Below are positions 1-7,652 of a stretch of DNA of 64,000 nt, piece after piece. The stretch lies in contig CBDCNP010000002.1 of NCBI GenBank assembly GCA_965219415.1, positions 2,432,001 through 2,496,000 of the forward strand, written 5' to 3'. Position numbers and translations under genes: made by a program. The notes under the pieces were generated by a model, which was given only the letters and a program-made list of their open reading frames with translations, ran no database searches and was not told the origin of the DNA. The stretch is from Candidatus Marinacidobacterales bacterium. GTDB taxonomy: Bacteria > Acidobacteriota > Vicinamibacteria > Marinacidobacterales > DATDRI01. Within the stretch, counting starts at the first letter, position 1. The number at the start of each line of letters is the position of its first letter.

Positions 1-91
1 GCAGCGATCTGGCTTTCCCGAAAAAAATCTCAAGCGGAAGGCCCGACTTCGCCCACCGCGTAAAGCACGACTTGGGCTTCGTCGGGCAGGC

Positions 92-505
92 TTAGAGCCA
101 GTAAAGCATCCAATAAATCGTCACGCCGGTCACGGACACGTATAGCCAAATGGGAAGTGTCCACCGAGCGATCCGTCGATGGAGCTCGAACTGACCTTTC
201 ACTGCTCGATAAAGGGTCATCAGGGCCAGTGGGAGGATGACGGCCGCTAGCGCGATATGCGAAATCAGAAGGGCGAAATAGACCGGACGCACCCAACCCT
301 GTCCGGTGAAAGCTACCGAGCCCACTTGGTAGTGGTAGTAGAGGTAGGACGCGAGAAAGAGGCTCGAGGTAAGGAAGGCCGCGACCATGGACACCTGGTG
401 CGCGCGGATGTTCTTCCGGCGGATGAAAAAGTAACCCGCCGCTAGGAAGCAGGCGGCCGTCCCATTCAGGGCCGCATTGACGCTGGGGAGGATGGAAGCG
501 TCTAT
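92..505 (-). CDS. DUF420 (YozB/CtaM-like) membrane protein, cytochrome oxidase assembly
   Basis: LPSVNAALNG...H..SMVAAF..S.LFL.SYLYYH...YF.LLISHI.LA...H.RIARWTLPIWLYVSVTGV..YWML. The family N-terminus begins at an ATA overlapping the ctaA stop, so the start is uncertain. Confidence 0.85.
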   Translation of the reverse strand: MDASILPSVNAALNGTAACFLAAGYFFIRRKNIRAHQVSMVAAFLTSSLFLASYLYYHYQVGSVAFTGQGWVRPVYFALLISHIALAAVILPLALMTLYRAVKGQFELHRRIARWTLPIWLYVSVTGVTIYWMLYWL

Positions 506-1491
506 GACAGACCCCGGTTCTCCGCCACGGACATCGAGCCCATCGAGGATGTGGCTACCGGTGCGAGGTGTAGGAACGCCCGCAGCGTCAACAGCCACGA
601 GGTGGCCAAGAGCAGCGCCCCCGTCGCTACGTGAGCCGTTGCCGGGAAGACCGCTCGAGAGGTCCAGACGATCGTCCCTCCTAGGAGCACCTGAACGACG
701 ACGAGGCAAGAGAGCAGTATCGCCGGGCGAGTGAATCGGGGTTCGCTCGAATGCTCACGCCAAATACGACTCACTAGCCAACCCAAGGCCCCCACGACGA
801 CCAGAGCAAACACCCGGTGAGCAAAATGAGTAGCCACCGGTGCGGTATCGAGCGGCGGCGCCAAGCCTCCGAAGACTAGCGGGAAGTCCGGAATCGCGAG
901 CGCGGCTCCGGTGTGCCGCACCGTCGCACCCAGGATGAGTTGGACGTAGATGACTCCCGTTGCGATCAGTGCAACGGTTCGAAGTGACGGATGGGCTCGC
1001 TCCGTCATGCCCGCCGCGCTTTCCCATTCCTTAGACGTCGCGAAGGCGAGAAGGACGACGACACAGAAAAACGTCTGCGCCAACGTCGCGTGCGTGATCG
1101 AGATCGGCGTGGGGAGAAGAAAAATGACTGTAATCCCACCCAGTAGTCCCTGAGTGATGACCATTGCCAGTGCCGCCGCCCCTAGTCGTCGCACCCACCG
1201 GCGCGGCTCGGAACGCCACAGCCAGATCGCCAGGATCGTCGTCAACAAACCGACCAACGTAGCCACCATGCGGTGGCCATGCTCGTAGAGGATCCCACCC
1301 ACCATCGGAGGCATGAGCATGCCGTAGGAAAGGGGCCAGTCAGGGACGGCAAGCCCGGAGCCGGTACTCGTTACCAATCCGCCGGCCCAGATGAGCATCC
1401 ACGTGCATGAGGCGGTTAGGATCGCGAAGCGATGCAGCCAGCGTCGCCGGTTGGCGTGGTCAGATCGATCGGCTCTTTGCGAGCGGGACAT
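502..1491 (-). CDS. ctaA: Heme A synthase (COX15/CtaA)
   Basis: GGLVTSTGSGLAVPDWP, EHGHR, HATLAQ, QLILGATVRH, HFAHR, HVATGA motifs; 8 hydrophobic segments. Confidence 0.92.
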   Translation of the reverse strand: MSRSQRADRSDHANRRRWLHRFAILTASCTWMLIWAGGLVTSTGSGLAVPDWPLSYGMLMPPMVGGILYEHGHRMVATLVGLLTTILAIWLWRSEPRRWVRRLGAAALAMVITQGLLGGITVIFLLPTPISITHATLAQTFFCVVVLLAFATSKEWESAAGMTERAHPSLRTVALIATGVIYVQLILGATVRHTGAALAIPDFPLVFGGLAPPLDTAPVATHFAHRVFALVVVGALGWLVSRIWREHSSEPRFTRPAILLSCLVVVQVLLGGTIVWTSRAVFPATAHVATGALLLATSWLLTLRAFLHLAPVATSSMGSMSVAENRGLS

Positions 1492-1515
1492 TAGTAACCA
1501 GAAAAGGAGATTTCT

Positions 1516-1548
1516 GAAGAGACGCGGCGGCGCTCGCCGCGCCTCTTC
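1516..1548 (-). terminator. GC-rich intergenic hairpin (terminator or mRNA stabiliser)
   Basis: gaagag-a-cgcggcg/loop/cgccgcg-c-ctcttc between the cupredoxin gene stop and the ctaA start; only a weak U-tract. Confidence 0.35.
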
Positions 1549-1572
1549 GGGTCTAGAAAGGCGCGTCCGAGA

Positions 1573-2343
1573 TTACTCGGAGGCTTTGAAGGAAAAGGAG
1601 ATTTCCTTGCTCTCCTTCTCACCGACCGTCACGTTCTGAGTCTGGGAGCCCAGTTTCTCGTGCCACGCTTCGACGACATAGTCGCCGGGAGGAAGATTTC
1701 CAATCTCGAACGAGCCGGTGGTGCCGGTGACGCCGAAGTAGGGATGGTCCAACACGCCGGCGTACGAGTTCATCCATTTGTGGACGTCGCACTTGAAAGG
1801 CACCATGACCTCGGTTTTCTCGAATGTCTTCTTGGTGGTGAGCCCCTTAATCGGTTGTCCGATGTTGAACTGTGGGTTCTTTTCAGGCATGGCGTGGATG
1901 TTGTGGAGCGTGTCATCGCTATTCACGACGTTCAAGTCTTGGCCAACCATGATTCCAAAAACGTGCGGGTGGTAGGTACAACCGTTTTGGTCGAGCACTA
2001 CCGCCTCACTAGGTGTGGGGAACTTGCGTCCACCGAGCCCGTCCTTCACATAAACGAACACATTTGCTAGTGTGCCGTCCGCATTAGCGACGACGAATTC
2101 AGTCTGCACCGGCGAAGTGTGCATTTTCGCGCACACCGGGTCGGCGCCCATCTGGATAGCTTTCTGCTCCGGGGCATCGCCCTCTAGGACTGCTTTTCCA
2201 GTGATGGAGCCAGCGGTTGCCGGGTCCACCGGCGGCGGAGCGGGCGTCGAGCTCTTTGCGGGAGCCGAACTCGGGGCTTCTTCGCCACCTCCACAACCTA
2301 CGAGTGCTAACGTAAAAAAGACAGCGAGAACTTGCTTGATCAT
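1573..2343 (-). CDS. Lipoprotein with cupredoxin-like and carboxypeptidase-regulatory-like domains
   Basis: Lipobox LVGC; LDQNGCTYHPH, NSDDTLHNIH, FKCDVHKWM (His...Cys-x2-His-x2-Met), WHEKLG. Confidence 0.8.
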   Translation of the reverse strand: MIKQVLAVFFTLALVGCGGGEEAPSSAPAKSSTPAPPPVDPATAGSITGKAVLEGDAPEQKAIQMGADPVCAKMHTSPVQTEFVVANADGTLANVFVYVKDGLGGRKFPTPSEAVVLDQNGCTYHPHVFGIMVGQDLNVVNSDDTLHNIHAMPEKNPQFNIGQPIKGLTTKKTFEKTEVMVPFKCDVHKWMNSYAGVLDHPYFGVTGTTGSFEIGNLPPGDYVVEAWHEKLGSQTQNVTVGEKESKEISFSFKASE

Positions 2344-2498
2344 TCAGTTCCTCCAGTAGAGTGCCATTTGGTCTATGGGACGGGCACTCGCCCTAGGGTG
2401 GCCCGCCTCCGTCAGCGTGTTCGGTGTGACTGCGGCGGGCAATCCCACGCGTTTAGCTGTGGGATTGGGGTAACCCGTCCTCAAAGCAGCTCAGTATA
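2344..2498 (-). promoter_or_regulatory. Promoter -10 (TATACT) and structured ~140-nt 5' leader
   Basis: agtata at 2493-2498 on the + strand; several stems (see findings); GGAGG RBS before the ATG at 2343. Confidence 0.45.
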
Positions 2499-2544
2499 CA
2501 GAAACCTCGAGACAAAGCAACTAAGAGTCCACAGCGCGCCGTTT

Positions 2545-3979
2545 GAAAGTGTGCCAATCTTAGTTGGGAATTGAAACGGCTCCAAACCCCGTGGTTTGAT
2601 GGCGTTGGACAAAACAAAATCAAGCCGCGAAGAAAGGAGCCGAGATGGGAAGTCTGCTGCGTTCGGTCAAGAAACGCAAGAAGTCGCGTCGTTTGGGTGA
2701 GGTCGAGATGGTGAGGCACGAGGATTACGGGGAACTCGCGCTGGACGCCAAGGTAGAGATGATCCGTTGGTTGGTCCCCCTTGGTCTAATGCACGTTCAC
2801 GAGTTGCTCGACGACGAAGTGAAGGCGTTGGCGGGAGAGCGATACTCTCGCAAGGACGAGCTGGAGCGCGGTCGCCGTCCCGGAAGCAACCCGGGCACGG
2901 TAGGGCTTGGCGGCCAGCGGGTACCGATCCGTGTGCCACGGGTTCGGAGCATCGAGGGAGGAGAGATTCCGCTTCGCTGCTACGAGGCGGCGAGCCACGG
3001 CGGTGAGGTGAATGATCTTCTGCTGAAACGAGTTCTCTACGGAATCTCTTGTCGCAACTACGAGGCGGCAGCGGAAGCGATTCCGGGCGCCATCGGGCTG
3101 TCGAGCTCAACGGTGTCCCGAGGGTTCGTGCAAGCGAGCGCTGCGAAGCTGCGGGAGATGCAGGAACGGGATCTGACCGGCGAGGATGTGGTGGCGCTGT
3201 TTCTGGATGGGAAGACATTCGCCGAGGCAACGATGGTCGTGGCTCTGGCCATCACGCTTTGCGGGGAAAAACGCTTCTTGGGCTTCGTGGAGACGGACAC
3301 GGAGAACGCGCAGGTGTTGACGCCGTTCCTGCGTTCACTGCTCAAGCGGGGACTCGATATCTCCCAGGGTCTGCTGGTGATCATCGACGGCGGCAAGGGT
3401 CTCCAAGCGGCAGTCAAGAAGGCATTCCGTAAGCGGGCCCTGATACAACGCTGCCAGTGGCACAAACGTGAAAACGTAGTGAGCTACCTGTCCAAGGGCG
3501 AGCAGGCGTCATGGCGCAAGCGGCTCCAGTGGGCCTACAACAGGCCGGAGTACGAAGAGGCCCTCACTGCGCTCGAGCAACTCCACGGTGAGTTAGAAGA
3601 GCGGAACCAATCCGCAGCTGGCAGCCTGGAGGAAGGCCTCGAGGAGACGCTGACGTTGCATCGACTCGGCGTGCACGCGGTGCTGGGCCGTTCGTTCAAG
3701 ACGACGAACTGCCTTGAGTCCGTCAATGCTCTCGTCGAGGAACGCTGCGCGAAGGTCGACCACTGGAAGAACTCGAGCCAACGCCAGCGCTGGTTGGCAA
3801 CGGCGCTCGTAGACATCGAACCGCGCTTGAGGAAGGTGGTGGGCTACCGCCATCTTCCCAAGCTTCGCGAAGCTCTCAAGCGGGAACTGAAGATCGAGGC
3901 GAAGACGTCAACCGTATCGAAGAAGAAGGTCGCTTAAACGTGAGCCGTGGAGAGTTTCAACTAAGAATGGGCTTGACTC
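2545..3979 (+). mobile_element. Complete IS256-family insertion sequence
   Basis: 8-bp target duplication CGCCGTTT at 2537-2544 and 3980-3987; imperfect terminal IRs sharing CC-A-TCTTAGTTG...ACGGCTC. Confidence 0.92.
2645..3937 (+). CDS. IS256-family (mutator-type) DDE transposase
   Basis: LFLDG, IIDGGKGL, QRCQWHKREN, TTNCLESVN. Confidence 0.92.
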   Translation: MGSLLRSVKKRKKSRRLGEVEMVRHEDYGELALDAKVEMIRWLVPLGLMHVHELLDDEVKALAGERYSRKDELERGRRPGSNPGTVGLGGQRVPIRVPRVRSIEGGEIPLRCYEAASHGGEVNDLLLKRVLYGISCRNYEAAAEAIPGAIGLSSSTVSRGFVQASAAKLREMQERDLTGEDVVALFLDGKTFAEATMVVALAITLCGEKRFLGFVETDTENAQVLTPFLRSLLKRGLDISQGLLVIIDGGKGLQAAVKKAFRKRALIQRCQWHKRENVVSYLSKGEQASWRKRLQWAYNRPEYEEALTALEQLHGELEERNQSAAGSLEEGLEETLTLHRLGVHAVLGRSFKTTNCLESVNALVEERCAKVDHWKNSSQRQRWLATALVDIEPRLRKVVGYRHLPKLREALKRELKIEAKTSTVSKKKVA

Positions 3980-4506
3980 CGCCGTTTCGGAACCGAACGC
4001 GTCGTCTGGCTTAGCTGCGCGGCGTAGAGCTGTCGAAGGAGACTCGACTCGCGTTTGTAGAACCCTTCGGTATGAAAGGACTCCTCGAGCCCGAGTTGCT
4101 CGTAGTCGAGATGGTGACAGAGCTCGTGCAGAAGCGTTCGAAGGAATGTCTTGAACTTCACAACCTGGGCACGCTGAGCAGTTCGCATCCAGACCGAGAT
4201 TCGGTTGACGCCGTTTTCGCCCGGTTCATATAGACCATGTAGCTCACCGGTATCCCAGGACGGTCGTCGCCGGAGCACTTTGACCCTGAGTGGGGAAACG
4301 CCAAGCGACTCGGTAAGGCGTGACAGCAGCGCCTGCGCCGCCCGCTGGGTGGTGGGTTGGTTTTCTGCTTGGAGGGAGCGTGCGAGGGCGTCAACCAGTG
4401 TCTCGAAGTCTTTCGTCGACTCTAGCTCTACCTGTTCGATACCGTCGCTCTTGCGGTAGGTGTTCTTCTGATGAGCGCTGAGCCTCTGGTAGTAGGCGAA
4501 AGGCAT
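3961..4506 (-). CDS. Hypothetical zincin-like protein (HExxH); C-terminal residues supplied by the IS256 end
   Basis: TLLHELCHHLD...SFHTEGFYKR. The pre-insertion stop is recoverable at 2521-2523. Confidence 0.65.
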   Translation of the reverse strand: MPFAYYQRLSAHQKNTYRKSDGIEQVELESTKDFETLVDALARSLQAENQPTTQRAAQALLSRLTESLGVSPLRVKVLRRRPSWDTGELHGLYEPGENGVNRISVWMRTAQRAQVVKFKTFLRTLLHELCHHLDYEQLGLEESFHTEGFYKRESSLLRQLYAAQLSQTTRSVPKRRSQAHS

Positions 4507-4548
4507 ATCAGGTCTGCGGGGAGTATACCTCGTTTGACAGTTGAGTTT

Positions 4549-4656
4549 CCCTCACCCTATCCTCTCCCAGCCCGCCTCCGTCCGCCTCTGCTCATTGGAC
4601 TTCGGCGTGTCCGCCGAAGCTTTGGCGAAGGCGGAAGGGAGAGGTAGTGTGAGGGG
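4549..4656. repeat. REP-like palindromic element with nested second palindrome
   Basis: ccctcaccctatcctctccc...gggagaggtagtgtgaggg outer arms around ccgccgaagctttggcgaaggcgg; inverted homolog at 19294-19374. Confidence 0.7.
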
Positions 4657-4657
4657 C

Positions 4658-5497
4658 ATGAGATTCTACAGCCATCACGTTCCGACGCTAGCTTTCATGG
4701 CTTGCTCTCTACTCGTCTGCTCAGGAGGGGAACGCCGAGACGCTCCGGAATCGCGAGACGATGCGCTCGCAGATGCCGGCTCACCGCGCGAGAACGAAAG
4801 CGCCCAGCCTCCGGCTTATGAAGCCATCACCGTCGATGACGGTGGTGCGGTCGCGGGTACTGTTCGTCTGTCGGCTTCTCTCCCACCGCTAGCCGAGAAA
4901 CCGGTGCTTAAAGATCAAGCCGTGTGCGGTGAACATACTCCGGATCTATCTCTAGAGTTGGGCAAGGACAACACCATCGCCAACGTGGTGGTTTCTTTGG
5001 TGGGCGCAGTTCGGGGAAAGGAAATGCCGAAATTACGAGAGCCGGCGAAGCTCGACCAGAGGAAATGCGTGTACCTACCCCACATCCAAGTTGTCCCCCC
5101 GGGAACTTCTGTCGATATCTACAACAGCGATCCGATCCTCCACAACGTGCACGCCTACATGAACGGCAGCGCAACGATCTTTAACCTAGCCCTACCTGTC
5201 CAGGGATTTCGAATACGTCGGAGGCTCGACGATCCTGGATTGGTGAGTTTGAAGTGCGATGCCGGCCACACGTGGATGAGTGGCTTTATCGTAGTGCAAG
5301 AACATCCCTACTATGCACTGACCACGGCAGATGGAGCCTATCTTATCGGAGATGTTCCTGCAGGAGAATATCGGCTCAGGACTTGGCACGAGTGGTTGGG
5401 TGAATCCGAAGTGCCGGTGGTCATTGAGACGGGTACGACGACGACAGTGGAACTGGAGTTAACGCCACCCGAGGAAGCAGAACGGGAGCCGTCCTAG
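4658..5497 (+). CDS. Second cupredoxin-like/carboxypeptidase-regulatory-like exported protein
   Basis: LDQRKCVYLPH, NSDPILHNVH, LKCDAGHTWM, WHEWLG; paralog of 1573-2343. Confidence 0.8.
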   Translation: MRFYSHHVPTLAFMACSLLVCSGGERRDAPESRDDALADAGSPRENESAQPPAYEAITVDDGGAVAGTVRLSASLPPLAEKPVLKDQAVCGEHTPDLSLELGKDNTIANVVVSLVGAVRGKEMPKLREPAKLDQRKCVYLPHIQVVPPGTSVDIYNSDPILHNVHAYMNGSATIFNLALPVQGFRIRRRLDDPGLVSLKCDAGHTWMSGFIVVQEHPYYALTTADGAYLIGDVPAGEYRLRTWHEWLGESEVPVVIETGTTTTVELELTPPEEAEREPS

Positions 5498-5889
5498 AGG
5501 GGTGAATCGTTCTGCAACGGTTGCCGGCCGGTAAAACCAGCGTCCACTTCGTGCCAAAAGCTCACTTCTTGCTCGCCGAGCTTCCAGCAGAGGTAGACCT
5601 CGCGGCCTTCCCAAACCGTGGGGAAATCGATGAGACCACTCTCGAGATCTTTGAGCTGACATCCTTGAGAACAGATCTCCGATGTGATTCCTTGGATCCG
5701 TCCGACCAAGTGCATATAGGCGGTGTCCACAGGGATGCCTCCGCGAACGATGACGTCTTGAAGGTTGGGGGTATAGTTTTCTACGTTGCTCTTCAGTCCC
5801 TGGTAGATCGAGCGGATCTGGCACAATCGCTCGGTAAGGAAAGGGATCAACTCGTTGGCTTCCAGCACCGTGAAGACGCGTCTATCCAT
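5494..5889 (-). CDS. DUF2203 family protein
   Basis: FT..EAN..IP; KDLESGLIDFP...EVYLCWKLGE..V.FWH..DAGF.GRQPL. Confidence 0.88.
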   Translation of the reverse strand: MDRRVFTVLEANELIPFLTERLCQIRSIYQGLKSNVENYTPNLQDVIVRGGIPVDTAYMHLVGRIQGITSEICSQGCQLKDLESGLIDFPTVWEGREVYLCWKLGEQEVSFWHEVDAGFTGRQPLQNDSPL

Positions 5890-6080
5890 TGTCTAGGAGT
5901 TTAGCCAAAACGGCCTGGGCGAACAAACCGCCTGGTGCTGGGAAGGCGCCTTGGGGGCAACTCCTCCTTGTGCTACAATCCCAAAGGTCTTAACTGGACG
6001 CTTGGCTCTGTTGATTGCCCCCCCGAGCCGTTGATGAAGGCGAGAATCTCGATCGAACTGGAGCTAACGAGGAACACAAC

Positions 6081-7025
6081 ATGTGGCGAATCATCATCAC
6101 TTTGGCTCTTCTAGGCGGGGTCGTTTTGGTGCCTGCCGGAACCGCACTCCCTCAGGAGCAAACGGACGGAGACCGGTTTCAGTTCAAGGTTGGCGTGGCG
6201 GCGGTGAATCTCAACGTCGTCGTCACCGACAAGAATGGGCGTTTCATCCCCGGCCTCACCGAAGCGGACTTCGAGGTTTACGAAAACAGCGTCCTTCAGG
6301 AGATCAGTTTTTTCAATCCTGAGGTCACACCAGTTACCGTACTCCTGCTGCTCGACGCGTCGACTAGCATCCGCCCCAGCGTGGAAGGCGTCAAGGAAGC
6401 GGCCGGTAATTTCGTCGGCAAGCTTTGGGAAGGCGACCAGGCGATCATCGGAGACTTCAATGAACGAGTCCGGTTCAGCACGTATTTCACGGATGACGTC
6501 GATCGATTGGTGGCCACGATTCAGTCGCTCTATCCTTCCGGATGGACGGCGCTCTACGACGCGATCCTGCTTTCCATTTTCAAGCTGGAGTCGGTGGAAG
6601 GGCGAAAGGCGCTGCTAGTCTTTACCGACGGTGACGATTCGCGGTCGATCGGAGTGGGGAGCGAAGCGACCAAGGACGATGCCATCGAAGGAGCCAAATT
6701 CTCGGAAGTGACGATCTATTCGGTAGGATTTCAAGGGCGTCGTGGTTTCGGTGGCGGCGGTGTCAACAAAGGTTTCCTCAAGAGATTGTCCAAGGACACG
6801 GGCGGTTCGGCCTTCTTTCCGAAAGGCATTGGCGAGCTCGACGATTCCTTCGATCGCATCCAAGACGAGCTCCATAGCCAGTACCGCTTGGCCTACGTTC
6901 CCCAGAACCCAACCCAAGACGGGCTCTGGAGGCCGATCGAAGTTCGCATCAAGGACAAGCGCGACCTCGTCGTGCGTACGCGCACCGGCTACTATGCGGT
7001 TCCTCCGGTCGGAGTGGAGCCCTAG
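6081..7025 (+). CDS. Exported VWA-domain protein (Acidobacterial type)
   Basis: Signal peptide; VTDKNGRFIPGL...DFEVYEN; MIDAS DASTS, TALYDAI, FTDGDD; QY.LAY.P...R.GYYA. Confidence 0.88.
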   Translation: MWRIIITLALLGGVVLVPAGTALPQEQTDGDRFQFKVGVAAVNLNVVVTDKNGRFIPGLTEADFEVYENSVLQEISFFNPEVTPVTVLLLLDASTSIRPSVEGVKEAAGNFVGKLWEGDQAIIGDFNERVRFSTYFTDDVDRLVATIQSLYPSGWTALYDAILLSIFKLESVEGRKALLVFTDGDDSRSIGVGSEATKDDAIEGAKFSEVTIYSVGFQGRRGFGGGGVNKGFLKRLSKDTGGSAFFPKGIGELDDSFDRIQDELHSQYRLAYVPQNPTQDGLWRPIEVRIKDKRDLVVRTRTGYYAVPPVGVEP

Positions 7026-7104
7026 CTCTATACCCGGCCGTCCGAGCCCCCCTACGCCCTATCCCCTCCCAACCCGACGCCTAGCACCGTGCTAGAATCG
7101 CCGC

Positions 7105-7650
7105 ATGTGTGCAAGGGAGCTCGCGAAGCGGTTGCATCACCGAGTCGCTTACCGCGGGCGCATCCTTACTCTCGAAGTGGATCGAGTCTCTGAACCTGGG
7201 GGCGTGGAGGTCGAGCGGGAGGTGGTACGCCACGCCGGCTCGGCAGTCATCCTACCTATCGTTCCCGACGGTCGTCTAGTTTTCGTACGGCAGTATCGCT
7301 ACGCGGTCGACTCCTTCTTGTGGGAATTGCCCGCCGGTCATATCGATGCCGGTGAGTCGGCAGAGGAAACCGCCCGCCGCGAGTTGGTGGAAGAGACCGG
7401 GTATTTCCCTCACCGGTTGGAGAAACTCCTCGAGTTTTACCCAGCGCCTGGCTTCACCGATGAACTGATGCATCTCTTCCGGGCCACTGAGCTCGAAAAG
7501 AAGACACCTCTTCCAGAGGAAGACGAAAGGATCGAGGTTCGTCTCTTCACTCCCCAAGAAGCACTTCAAATGGTTGCCGGGCACGAGTTCAAGGATGCCA
7601 AGACCCTCGTTGGCCTATCGATGCTCGAGGAGCGTCTGGAACGGCACTAG
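7105..7650 (+). CDS. NUDIX hydrolase, ADP-ribose pyrophosphatase-like
   Basis: RQYRY, WELPAGHIDAGESAEETARRELVEETG, PGFTDE, DAKT. Confidence 0.88.
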   Translation: MCARELAKRLHHRVAYRGRILTLEVDRVSEPGGVEVEREVVRHAGSAVILPIVPDGRLVFVRQYRYAVDSFLWELPAGHIDAGESAEETARRELVEETGYFPHRLEKLLEFYPAPGFTDELMHLFRATELEKKTPLPEEDERIEVRLFTPQEALQMVAGHEFKDAKTLVGLSMLEERLERH

Positions 7651-7652
7651 CC

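Noticed and set aside
2344-2498. Leader as a c-di-GMP-I or other known riboswitch (contains GCTAAAC)
   Set aside because: The GGCAAA/GNRA/GCAAAG core is not recognisable; kept only as an unassigned structure.
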